Shown: positions 36,863-45,920 of the stretch, one piece after another
Numbering within the stretch: position 1 is the stretch's first letter
Layout: each line of letters opens with the position of its first letter
Source: an uncultured Desulfobacteraceae bacterium
GTDB lineage: Bacteria; Desulfobacterota; Desulfobacteria; Desulfobacterales; UBA11574
NCBI GenBank assembly: GCA_964410925.1
Contig: CAYPIW010000033.1
Location: forward strand, 7,266-71,265
Length of the DNA: 64,000 nucleotides
Direction of reading: 5' to 3'
Made by a program: the position numbers and the translations under genes
Notes under the pieces: model-generated
What the model was told of the DNA's origin: nothing
Database searches by the model: none
The model's input: the letters and a program-made list of their open reading frames with translations, nothing else

Positions 36863-38038
36863 ATGCGCATTATCAATTTGGATCACATATCATCGAACCC
36901 GCTTCTGCCGGAAGTTAAAGAGACAATGGTCACCGCCATTCGGGAGGATTACCACAATCCCTCAAGTCAGCATAAACGTGGCGAGACGGCCGCTATGCTG
37001 TTGGAAAAATCGCGTGAAACTGTGGCGGGCCTTATCAATGCATCTGACCCCAAAGAAGTGGTGTTTACCTCAGGAGGAACCGAATCCGTGAATCATGCCG
37101 TCAAGGGAGCCGCTTTGGCCAACGCCAAAAAAGGTAAGCATATCATCACATCAAACATCGAGCATAATGCTGTAATCCGAAGTATCCGGCGACTCAAAGG
37201 ACTCGGGTATACCGTCACCTCCCTTGATGTGGATAAATACGGGCGTGTGAATCCGGCGGATGTATCCGATGCCATCACCGATGAAACCATACTGGTCAGC
37301 ATCATGCACAGCAACAATGAAACCGGAACGATTCAACCTATTGAAGAAATTGCTAAAATTACTCGTCAGAAAAAAATTATTTTTCATACGGACGCCGTGG
37401 ATTCCGTAGGTGTCGTCCCCATTGATGTGCAGAACATGGGGATGGATCTTTTGAGTTTTGCGTCTAACACTTTTTATGGTCCCACAGGCGTGGGCGGACT
37501 TTATGTTCGCCGGGGTACCATGATTTGGCCGTTGCTTGACGGTGGGGTTCAGGAAAACAACAAGCGTGCGGGGACCGAAAATCTGATCGGCATCATCGGA
37601 ATGGCAGCGGCCGCCAAGATCGCCAAAAAAAAATTGCCGGATTGGCTGGCACATTTGGAAAAACTTAAATTCAGGCTGATCAACGAGTTGCCCAGGCACA
37701 TCGATGAGTACATCATCAATACGCCACCGGAAAACAGCCTGCCGAATTTATTGTCCCTATCCATTAAATATATCGAAGGTGAAAGCGTAATGCTGATGCT
37801 GGATGATGATGACATTGCGGTTTCCACGCGTTCAGCCTGTGCCACCGGATCCCTGAGAGCATCCCATGTTTTGATTTCCATCGGCCTTTCCCATGCAGAT
37901 GCTCAGGGAACACTCGTAATTACACTCGGCCAGGATAATACCGAGAAAGATATCGACCTTTTTTTAAAATCACTCCGTAATGTGGTGAAAACCTTGCGCG
38001 ATATCTCGCCGTTATACCAAAAAATCTCAACAGGTTGA
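36863..38038 (+). CDS. IscS/NifS-like class-V aminotransferase-fold protein lacking the PLP-binding lysine
   Basis: SGGTESVNHA, FHTDAVDSVG and the active-site Cys loop STRSACATGSL are present. The SGHK(I/F)YGPKG motif instead reads SFASNTFYGPTG (His-Lys replaced by Asn-Thr). Confidence 0.88.
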   Translation: MRIINLDHISSNPLLPEVKETMVTAIREDYHNPSSQHKRGETAAMLLEKSRETVAGLINASDPKEVVFTSGGTESVNHAVKGAALANAKKGKHIITSNIEHNAVIRSIRRLKGLGYTVTSLDVDKYGRVNPADVSDAITDETILVSIMHSNNETGTIQPIEEIAKITRQKKIIFHTDAVDSVGVVPIDVQNMGMDLLSFASNTFYGPTGVGGLYVRRGTMIWPLLDGGVQENNKRAGTENLIGIIGMAAAAKIAKKKLPDWLAHLEKLKFRLINELPRHIDEYIINTPPENSLPNLLSLSIKYIEGESVMLMLDDDDIAVSTRSACATGSLRASHVLISIGLSHADAQGTLVITLGQDNTEKDIDLFLKSLRNVVKTLRDISPLYQKISTG

Positions 38039-38390
38039 TTCTATTTTGTCTTGAAAAACCTGATACTTTGGGCCTCCGGCTCGTAGAGCCTACGCCTCGG
38101 AGAGCCAGATCAGAATTAGATGGCTTTGCCTTGGAGTTTTGTGTCTAAAATCACAAGCTCCAAGCACCAAATTACAAATAAATCTCAAATTCCAATATTC
38201 AATAACCAAAACCTTTTATGACGAAACATTGTTTGGATTTTCGAATTTCGGTCATTGGAAATTGCCTGCCCCGTTAAATAAATCGAAGATTTAATGCGAA
38301 GCATTATTTAACAGGGTAAAATATTTGTTATTTGATATTTGTAATTTCAATAATTCAATAAACTTCCGACAAACCAAATCCCCTTTGGGA

Positions 38391-41249
38391 TCATCCCTTG
38401 TGCAGCACAATACCGGCAGGCAAAGATTCTCCGAAAATGTTGCTTTCCTCCTGTTTGGCCAGGGGAACCACTTCTTTCAGGTATGGGATATGCGGCCTCA
38501 ACAGTTGCTCCCGGTGGGGATCCTGGGTCATCCACGCCATAATCCGTTCCAAATGGGCGTGGTCCAGGTCCCGGGCACGATCGCCGGTTTTACGGGCCAG
38601 TTGGGTAATGGCCGCGCCCATGGGTCTGGGGTCGCGCCAGGTTGTTGAAATCAGTGTTTCAATCCAGGCAGCCGCTTCTTTAGCCGGTATCACACGGTCC
38701 ACGGACCCGTAAAGGAGCTCTCGAGCCCCCATGCGCGACAGGGCCCAGAAATGCTGGGGCCTGCTTTTTTTGGGTTTTATCTCGGACAGCAGGGCTCGAC
38801 CGCATTTGATCTTGTCTTTTGCCATCAAATGTTCCATATTGGCCACGGCCATCCAGATCTCCAGTCGTTGCTGGGGCGGCACTTTTTTTCGGGAACCTTT
38901 GCCGGGAAACAGTATCGGTGTCAGGTCCTGGAAGAATTGACGTTGCTGGCCGGGCTTCAGGCCGCCGGCCACCCGCCGCCACATGATCCACCATTCATTT
39001 TGTACCTGCAGATGATTGGGATGACACATTCCCTGAATGTAGATCTGCCAAATTTTTTTCATCCGTATGGGGTCCAGTGCGTCGGCGAATCCCGGACGCA
39101 TGCAAAATCCCAAAAAATTCAGCCAGCGGCTTTCAGCCAGGGCCGAATCGGTTCGAACGGTTTCAAGTTCGATGAGATCGTCGGCCATGCGGCGAATAAA
39201 CGTCAGGGGCCATTGTTCCTTTGGTCTTTCCACGCGTTTTGAAATATCTCTGGCAAGAGATATCCGGAAGGTGTCGGATGCCCCATCTGAAAACGCCTCC
39301 CGGATAAGTTCACGAACATTATCCACAACCGAAGATTCCAAGACTTCCTGATCCGCTACCGGCGCAGGCACCAAAACCGTGCGAAGTTGAAATTGAAGGT
39401 GCCAGCGGTGGGTGCTTACCAGACTCCGGCACCACAGCGCCAGGGCCCCCATCTCCGTATAGCTGGCTGCAATATGGATGGGGATGCGGGTTTGAACCCC
39501 TTTTTTCCCATACTGAATTATGGTTTGAATGGGCGGCAACGGGGTGAGAGAATCGTCTATGGTAACAAGATCGCCGCACCGGTCGCCGCTTCGAAAACTG
39601 GAGCTGTACATGTCAAAAGTAACCGGCTGGTTGGTCAACACCTCAAATTGACGGTCTTTCAATTCAATGTCGGTCCCCTCTTCCAAACCGCGTTCCACAA
39701 GGCATATGGCCTGTTTCCCGGTCTTTTGGCTGCGGGCGTCATCGGGATCGGCCACACCCAAATAAAACGCCCGGGGGCTTCCGCTGCCCACCCGAACCCC
39801 TTGACCGACCTTGACCCGTCCATAATAAGCCGCGCCCATTGCAACGGACAAATCGGGATCCGGGTTATCCAAAACCCTCGGCAGCGCATCATCCGGTTGC
39901 CCGAACCACTGCCGGATGGCGCCGCGAATCCGCTCCTGGATTACGGCCGGCTTTAACGATCCGCCGTTAAAGAGAATAATATCCGGTTCGGGCCGATCCT
40001 TTTGTAAAAATACGGCCACATCCGTGGCGTGCTGTTCCAAAAACCAGCACAGGTGTCGCGTGATGGCCGGTTCCTGTTCATACGGCAGTCCGAATTCCGT
40101 TATGCCTTTGCGCTTGGCCCGTGGTTTTTTCTCGGAAGGATCCACAAGGGGAAAAAATCCGTTCAAAATGGTTTCGGTGACTTCCCTTTGCCCGAGAGTA
40201 GCCGTCAGTGTTCCGGCAATCAGTTGACCGCCTTCCCCCATGAGGGCTATTTTTTTGGAATCCGCTCTTCCGTCGAGAAGGGTTTCTTTGGCCTGCCGAC
40301 ACTGGTGGCAAAGAGTTTTCCACCGATCGCCGCTCAGGGAATGTTTGTTTTTAAAAAATTGCGCTTCCAGGAGCCGTGCCAGTGCCAGATCCATATTATC
40401 CCCGCCCAGAATCAGATGATCTCCCACGGCAATGCGCTCAAACCGAGGGCTGCCGTTTACTTCCCGCAAATAGATCAAGGTAAAGTCCGTGGTCCCGCCC
40501 CCCACGTCGCAGATCAGGATGAGGTCTTTTGGTTTGACAAATCTGTTCCAGTCATGTTCATGGGTCATCAGCCAGCTGTAAAAGGCGGCCAATGGTTCTT
40601 CCAATAGCGTCACGTCGCCCATACCGGCTAATCCGGCCGCTTCAAGAGTCATCTCACGGGCCACCTCGTCAAAGGAAGCCGGTACAGTGATGATGACCAT
40701 CTGATATTCCAGAAAAGCCTCCTCATCGCTTTGTCTGCGATTCCAGGCACGGCGAATATGCCTTAAATAGGCGGCGGTGGCGTGAATGGGGGAAATTTTG
40801 AGAACCTCTTTGCTTGCGCCCCAGGGCAGTATAGGGGCTTTCCGATCCGCATTGGCGTGACATAGCCAGCTTTTGGCCGACCACACCAGACGGGCGGGCA
40901 CTTTGGCGCCGTGATCCCTGGCATAGGCTCCGGCAAAATTGTCGCCATGGCAACCCCAGTCATGGACAAGGCTCTGTTTGGAGATATCATAATCGCCGGG
41001 AATATAGAGAAAAGATGGCAAGACCGGCAGGCGGGAGACTTCGCCGGGACCGGTCAGTTGGGAAATGGGAAACAGATGGATGCGCATCCGCCCACTGCCC
41101 TCGGCATGTAAATCCACATAGAATACCGCCGAATTGGTAGTGCCCAGATCGATGCCGATAATGTAGCGCTGGCTGTCAAGATCCAAGACCGTGTTTCTCC
41201 CGTATATTGAACTCGAGTTTCCACCGGCGGCCGTCCACCCGTGACACAC
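38391..41249 (-). CDS. Hsp70-family ATPase, long form (about 930-952 aa) with a roughly 350-aa C-terminal helical extension
   Basis: IIGIDLGTTNSAV (phosphate-1) and CDVGGGTTDFTLI (phosphate-2). The tail is rich in Trp and Arg. The start is uncertain: ATG at 41249 (74-nt overlap with the upstream gene) or TTG at 41186 preceded by GGAGAA. Confidence 0.85.
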   Translation of the reverse strand: MCHGWTAAGGNSSSIYGRNTVLDLDSQRYIIGIDLGTTNSAVFYVDLHAEGSGRMRIHLFPISQLTGPGEVSRLPVLPSFLYIPGDYDISKQSLVHDWGCHGDNFAGAYARDHGAKVPARLVWSAKSWLCHANADRKAPILPWGASKEVLKISPIHATAAYLRHIRRAWNRRQSDEEAFLEYQMVIITVPASFDEVAREMTLEAAGLAGMGDVTLLEEPLAAFYSWLMTHEHDWNRFVKPKDLILICDVGGGTTDFTLIYLREVNGSPRFERIAVGDHLILGGDNMDLALARLLEAQFFKNKHSLSGDRWKTLCHQCRQAKETLLDGRADSKKIALMGEGGQLIAGTLTATLGQREVTETILNGFFPLVDPSEKKPRAKRKGITEFGLPYEQEPAITRHLCWFLEQHATDVAVFLQKDRPEPDIILFNGGSLKPAVIQERIRGAIRQWFGQPDDALPRVLDNPDPDLSVAMGAAYYGRVKVGQGVRVGSGSPRAFYLGVADPDDARSQKTGKQAICLVERGLEEGTDIELKDRQFEVLTNQPVTFDMYSSSFRSGDRCGDLVTIDDSLTPLPPIQTIIQYGKKGVQTRIPIHIAASYTEMGALALWCRSLVSTHRWHLQFQLRTVLVPAPVADQEVLESSVVDNVRELIREAFSDGASDTFRISLARDISKRVERPKEQWPLTFIRRMADDLIELETVRTDSALAESRWLNFLGFCMRPGFADALDPIRMKKIWQIYIQGMCHPNHLQVQNEWWIMWRRVAGGLKPGQQRQFFQDLTPILFPGKGSRKKVPPQQRLEIWMAVANMEHLMAKDKIKCGRALLSEIKPKKSRPQHFWALSRMGARELLYGSVDRVIPAKEAAAWIETLISTTWRDPRPMGAAITQLARKTGDRARDLDHAHLERIMAWMTQDPHREQLLRPHIPYLKEVVPLAKQEESNIFGESLPAGIVLHKG

Positions 41250-42975
41250 ACCACAATTCCAGGACTCCCATCTCGGTCACTCGAATTTCCAGGGCAACAG
41301 GAATCACGCTGCCGTATTCACCATCCAGAGTGGTTTCGATGACGGCAATGTCCTGGATCTCACTTTCCCAGTCTTCAACCACCGTGCCCGGTTCATGGTC
41401 ATGGCGCATGGAACTGAGAAAATCGAACGTAACGGGCTCACCCACCACCAAAGCAAACTCCTGGTTTTCAAGGGTTGCCTCAGTCCCTTCTTCCATGCCG
41501 AAGGGCGCCACACACAGCGCCTTGATAGGCGTCGGCATCCCCGGAACCGCCGGCATGGACGCGGCAATACCCACATAATAGGATTTGTTCAGACCGTATC
41601 GTATGCGAATGCCCCTGCCCCGCCTGGCCATCCCGTAATATACCGCACCTTTGGCAACCGCCAGGTCGAAGTCGCCCGATTCGATCTCCCGAATGGGCGG
41701 TGCATCCTCCGACGCTTTCCATAAAGACATAACCTCCATGATTCGGTTGCGGACGTTTTGCGCCTTTATTACGCCGCCGTTGAACAGGACCGCCGTGGGC
41801 ATGGCTTCACCGATGTTTTGCTGGAGAAACCGGGCCAGATGGTGGGTTACGGCAGGGTCGGACGCATAAGCCAGACCCATCTCCTGGATGCCGGTTTTTT
41901 GCGGGGAAACCGGTCTGGCCGTACGTTCGCAAAGCGGGAAAAAGCCGTCCAGCATGATCTTTTCAACCGTATCGCGGGAAAGCTCGGTTTTAACGGTTCC
42001 GCCAATCAGGCTGCTGCCTCTGCCCAAAACCGTCACCGGATATTCCCGGGCATCGGGGTCGGACAGAAGTTTCTCTTTGGCGTTGCGGCAGCCGTGCCAA
42101 AGCCCCCGCATCTGCCAGACGTCCAGCCGGGAACCTTTATCCGCCATTTGTCGAGAAATCGAATAGGCAATGGCCAAATCCATGTTATCGCCACCCACCA
42201 GCAGGTGCTCTCCCACCGCAATCCGCTCAAGGGCAAGTTCGCCCTGTTCTTCGGAAATTTTGATGAGGCTGAAATCGGTTGTCCCGCCGCCAATGTCGCA
42301 AACCAGAACAAGATCGCCTTTGCTAACCATCTCCCGCCAGCGATCGGAGGTCCTTTCAATCCATGCATAAAAGGCGGCCTGGGGTTCTTCCAGAAGGGTG
42401 ACAGTGTTCAGCCCGGACATCTCGGCGGCTTTTACCGTCAGCTCGCGAGCCACCGCATCAAAGGAAGCCGGTACGGTCAACAAAATTTCCTGGTTTTCCA
42501 TCTTCAACCGGTCGTCATCTGAAGCCATCGAGTGGTTCCAGGCATCCCGGATATGTTGGAGAATGGCTGCGGATGCTTGCACCGGTGATTTCTTAGATTT
42601 CGCATCAGGACCTTCCCAGGGAAGGATGGGCTTGTTCCGGTCGATCGTTGTATGACAGAGCCAGGATTTTGAAGAAGCGATCAAACGGCTGGGCAGCTCA
42701 ACACCGCGAGTTTTGGCAAATTCGCCCACCGCCAGGGGCCCACCCTTGTGCCACGGTAAATCCATGGCGGTTTTGGAAACATCGTGTTCCCCCGGAATCA
42801 GTATAAAAGAGGGAAGCATTTGCCGCTTTTCCACCACGCCGGCATCAATGAGCTGGGGAATTTCAAATAAGTGTATCTTAAAGGAGCGACCTGTTTCCGA
42901 ATCCGCCTCGGTGTAGGCCACAACGCTGTTGGTTGTCCCAAGATCGATTCCTATCACATAAACCGGGTTTGGCAT
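41176..42975 (-). CDS. Hsp70-family ATPase, short form (599 aa)
   Basis: VIGIDLGTTNSVVAY and CDIGGGTTDFSLI, with a beta-rich C-terminal domain and no helical lid or EEVD-type tail. Confidence 0.88.
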   Translation of the reverse strand: MPNPVYVIGIDLGTTNSVVAYTEADSETGRSFKIHLFEIPQLIDAGVVEKRQMLPSFILIPGEHDVSKTAMDLPWHKGGPLAVGEFAKTRGVELPSRLIASSKSWLCHTTIDRNKPILPWEGPDAKSKKSPVQASAAILQHIRDAWNHSMASDDDRLKMENQEILLTVPASFDAVARELTVKAAEMSGLNTVTLLEEPQAAFYAWIERTSDRWREMVSKGDLVLVCDIGGGTTDFSLIKISEEQGELALERIAVGEHLLVGGDNMDLAIAYSISRQMADKGSRLDVWQMRGLWHGCRNAKEKLLSDPDAREYPVTVLGRGSSLIGGTVKTELSRDTVEKIMLDGFFPLCERTARPVSPQKTGIQEMGLAYASDPAVTHHLARFLQQNIGEAMPTAVLFNGGVIKAQNVRNRIMEVMSLWKASEDAPPIREIESGDFDLAVAKGAVYYGMARRGRGIRIRYGLNKSYYVGIAASMPAVPGMPTPIKALCVAPFGMEEGTEATLENQEFALVVGEPVTFDFLSSMRHDHEPGTVVEDWESEIQDIAVIETTLDGEYGSVIPVALEIRVTEMGVLELWCVSRVDGRRWKLEFNIREKHGLGS

Positions 42976-42995
42976 AAATTTTTTTCCTAATCTAA

Positions 42996-43045
42996 AAGAT
43001 TAAAGTGCCTAAAGTTCAAAGTGAGCTAAAGTGAACTAAAGTTAA
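42996..43045. repeat. 9-10-bp periodic AAAGTNNNN tandem repeat in the DUF2760/Hsp70 intergenic region
   Basis: taaagtgcctaaagttcaaagtgagctaaagtgaactaaagtt, related to 35588-35633. Confidence 0.6.
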
Positions 43046-43143
43046 TGTATTTGCCTTATTTCATTAGTAATAAATAACCCAATAATTTTATTACTTATAA
43101 AAAATAAAAAAAGCTTCTCGAAAATTTTCATGAAATATTCGGG

Positions 43144-43896
43144 TTAGAGGATTTCCACCTCCGCCGGAGCGATGATGCGTGCATCTTGACCCCCGGATAG
43201 AGCGGGCAGTTCCAGCTTTCGGGAGCGCCAGCCTTTATGACGTAAAATACCTTTGAACGGCGGCTCACCCGTTACATTGCCGGTCAGTTTTATGGCGTCG
43301 GGATCGAACCCCGGTTCAATCCGAATCTCTTCTCCTTCGCTGCGGTCTATGACCGCCTCAAGGGAAAGACTTTTGTTCATGGCGTTTTTACAGTTCTCGT
43401 GGATGGCGCGAACCGCACCGCCGATCTGTGCATCTTCATAATGATTGAGATCTTCCGATAAAAAATCTACCAGACGTCCTTCCCGCTGAAGCACGGACAG
43501 CAGGTGTAAAAACAGGCGCTGTTGAGTGTACTGTTGAGCTTCCCGATCAGCAGTGGATGCTACCGGTGCCGGAACCTGTTTTTTCCGCACGGGTTTGCCG
43601 GATTTTTTGAAAGAATTTACAGCGATTCTCCGCAAACCGCCCCACAACAGGATGCCGAAAATCAGGAAAACGCCTCCCCATATGCACGCCGCATAGATAA
43701 ACACCTTATGATGAATCAAAGAGATGGGATCAAGGAGCGCCGTTGAGAGGGTTTGGGGAGTTACCAGCAATGATATGTCCCGGTACATTCCCTGCAGTAC
43801 CCAGTAAAACCCTGAAACCGTAGCCGCCAGCAATATGACGCCCAGCACTGAAATTAAAACAAAAGATCCGCGTGAATAGGACTTGATGAATTCCAT
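43144..43896 (-). CDS. DUF2760-like protein with two N-terminal transmembrane helices
   Basis: Hydrophobic segments FVLISVLGVILLAATVSGFYWVL and VFIYAACIWGGVFLIFGILLWGGL. The C-terminal domain LLSVLQREGRLVDFLSEDL...GWRSRKLELP...IIAPAEVEIL is recognised from memory as DUF2760. Confidence 0.7.
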   Translation of the reverse strand: MEFIKSYSRGSFVLISVLGVILLAATVSGFYWVLQGMYRDISLLVTPQTLSTALLDPISLIHHKVFIYAACIWGGVFLIFGILLWGGLRRIAVNSFKKSGKPVRKKQVPAPVASTADREAQQYTQQRLFLHLLSVLQREGRLVDFLSEDLNHYEDAQIGGAVRAIHENCKNAMNKSLSLEAVIDRSEGEEIRIEPGFDPDAIKLTGNVTGEPPFKGILRHKGWRSRKLELPALSGGQDARIIAPAEVEIL

Positions 43897-44082
43897 TGTC
43901 CAATCTCCTTTTTGCAGTTTTGTATAACCCTAATTGAGCGAAAGTCGAGAGTGCCCCAGATTCATAGAATATTTTTCCCATTTTGTTTACGATCATTTAG
44001 GGTATAATTGCAAACTGAATATAATATGCATTATTTTCTAAAATGCAAGGGATTGCGGGTGGCATCACAGGGTATAGGTATT

Positions 44083-44150
44083 TGATTTCGGTACAGCGTA
44101 GCGACTGCGGGTTTCTCTTTCCAACCGACTGACTGTTTGAAGGGGTTTGT
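44083..44150. repeat. Dispersed repeat family D, immediately 3' of the flavoprotein gene
   Basis: tgatttcggtacagcgtagcgactgcgggtttctctttccaaccgactgactgtttgaagg. Related copies lie at 47808-47880, 47979-48056 (inverted) and 55314-55350. Confidence 0.6.
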
Positions 44151-44151
44151 C

Positions 44152-44784
44152 CTATATACTGCCCAGTCGTCTCCCGATTTCCTTAACTCTCTTCACAATC
44201 TGATTATCTGTCTCAAATTTTTGGAACATGTCAGGAGTAACTTTTTTAAAATTTTCAAATTCCTCGGGAGACATCCAACGTGCCGGACCGCCATATTTGC
44301 AGGTGGTTCCAAATCCGCATATAAAACACGGGGGGGTCATTGTATTGTAAAAGAGTTTATCCAGTACTTCAAAATTAAAATAACTATTTAAATGATAGCT
44401 GATTTCATCGCACACAATTTCCGCTTCGTTACCTCCCACAGCCACCGACACAGCCGGCTTTCCCATGGTCTGAGATTTTCTATGGCGCAAAGGAAAAAAC
44501 CGTTCGAGAAAATTATGGGTAAACCCGTTTGCTTTTCTAAAATATACCACCGCTCCAACAACAATAGCATCGGATTCCACGATTTCATCATACAAGGGAA
44601 ACATATCGTCTTCCATGACGCACCGATTGGTTTTGGCACACTTGACACATCCCACACAAGGTTTGATGTTCATTTGTGCCAAATCATATATCCGGAAATC
44701 CTTTCCGGATTCTTTTAACATCATATCAATGATTCTTCGCAAATTACTATCGGGTTTCGGACTTCCATTAAATCCCAACAGCAT
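44152..44784 (-). CDS. Iron-sulfur flavoprotein (Isf-like, flavodoxin-fold NAD(P)H-dependent FMN reductase family)
   Basis: GFNGSPKPDSN flavodoxin-like N-terminus and a compact Cys motif CVGCVKCAKTNRC. Confidence 0.8.
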   Translation of the reverse strand: MLLGFNGSPKPDSNLRRIIDMMLKESGKDFRIYDLAQMNIKPCVGCVKCAKTNRCVMEDDMFPLYDEIVESDAIVVGAVVYFRKANGFTHNFLERFFPLRHRKSQTMGKPAVSVAVGGNEAEIVCDEISYHLNSYFNFEVLDKLFYNTMTPPCFICGFGTTCKYGGPARWMSPEEFENFKKVTPDMFQKFETDNQIVKRVKEIGRRLGSI

Positions 44785-44947
44785 GATATACTCCTTTTAA
44801 TCTTTGCAGTAAAAAGTTCATGGGCTTTTCTCCCAGGCAACAGCACCTCGAAGGAACGTCATCAATTAAGTGCTTTAAAACCTCGATACAAACCATATCA
44901 CGCAAATTAAGGGTTTCTTCGGAAATATATCCCATGGCTTTGCATCT

Positions 44948-45100
44948 TTAGCAATATCTAAATACGACCTTGAAAACTTCGCAGATCGTAATGACAGGTA
45001 CAATCAGGGAGGATGTATCATTCAGGGGAGGCAAGTAATATTTTGTATTCGGTCCATCGGAAAAATATTCCAGCCAGCCTGAGGAATCAATAATATTCAT
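44948..45100 (-). pseudogene. vapC: Truncated PIN-domain toxin (vapC remnant)
   Basis: ATGA overlap with the antitoxin stop. Translation MNIIDSSGWLEYFSDGPNTKYYLPPLNDTSSLIVPVITICEVFKVV matches a VapC N-terminus, then stops after about 50 codons. No PIN C-terminal acidic residues are found in any frame downstream. Confidence 0.6.
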
Positions 45101-45303
45101 ACCCGATCTTTCTCACGTTCGATATGCGTATCCATTCCCTTGAGGAACCCTCTGAGTTCAGAAATATCCCGGTCCGGTATCAGTTCAATTCGCCCATCAT
45201 ATTCGATCACTCTAATTTTCTGCCCAGGCCGCAGTCGTAATGTATCCCTGATTTCTTTCGGTATCACCACCTGATATTTAGGGGATACTGTGACGGTTTG
45301 CAT
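45097..45303 (-). CDS. AbrB/MazE/SpoVT-family antitoxin (VapB-like)
   Basis: MQTVTVSPKYQVVIPKEIRDTLRLRPGQKIRVIEYDGRIELIP. Confidence 0.85.
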   Translation of the reverse strand: MQTVTVSPKYQVVIPKEIRDTLRLRPGQKIRVIEYDGRIELIPDRDISELRGFLKGMDTHIEREKDRV

Positions 45304-45733
45304 GTTACACCACCATTAATAAGATTTTGTTATTACATTATTTTAATCGATAAAAAATGTCAACCTTTGTTGATAAGACCTTTGGAAAGAAATATATCTG
45401 TTGGATATTCAAATAGTTGAAATGAACTGTTCCGTTTTGGGATAGTCATTTTTGGAACATATGTTTTGGGTGTTATTCAGCCCCGTGAGATTGAATTTTT
45501 CTTTACGACAGAACAGCATGCTTATTTATTGAAAATAGCATGCTACCGGGATATTTAAAAAAACATAACCGCTTAAATTCAAAGAAAGACATGCAAACAA
45601 AGAAATACACCTTGAAGCCAATGCCAAATATTAGCTTAAACTCGTGTGTTCTCCATCAGTGATCCGCTCTTCGTCACTTTTTCAGATATATCTTTGGAAC
45701 ACAGAATATTTTGATGCAAAAAAATCGTGTGTT

Positions 45734-45847
45734 TTAATTGCAGTAATCTGCATTGTATGGAATTTGGTTTTCACCCAAAGATTCTTTGCTACGGCAGCAA
45801 TCCGGACACCAATGGGCTTCGTAGACAGTTATTTCTCGTTTAGACAT
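45734..45847 (-). pseudogene. Glutaredoxin/NrdH-like ORF interrupted by an in-frame TAA
   Basis: Minus-strand translation MSKREITVYEAHWCPDCCRSKESLGENQIPYNADYCN* has a WCPDC redox motif. The frame continues NTRFFCIKIFCVPKIYLKK after the stop. Confidence 0.3.
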
Positions 45848-45920
45848 ATCATCAAAATGGAAAGAACGAAACACCGAAAAATGGATTTCACATCTATATG
45901 CTGTTTGATCATCCTCTTAT

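Noticed and set aside
38398-42916. Numerous plus-strand ORFs of 60-254 aa across the Hsp70 operon (for example 41758..42522, 40029..40607 and 39387..39956)
   Set aside because: They lie antisense to or overlap strongly supported Hsp70 genes in a GC-rich block. Their Arg/Gly/Pro-rich low-complexity translations are typical shadow ORFs.
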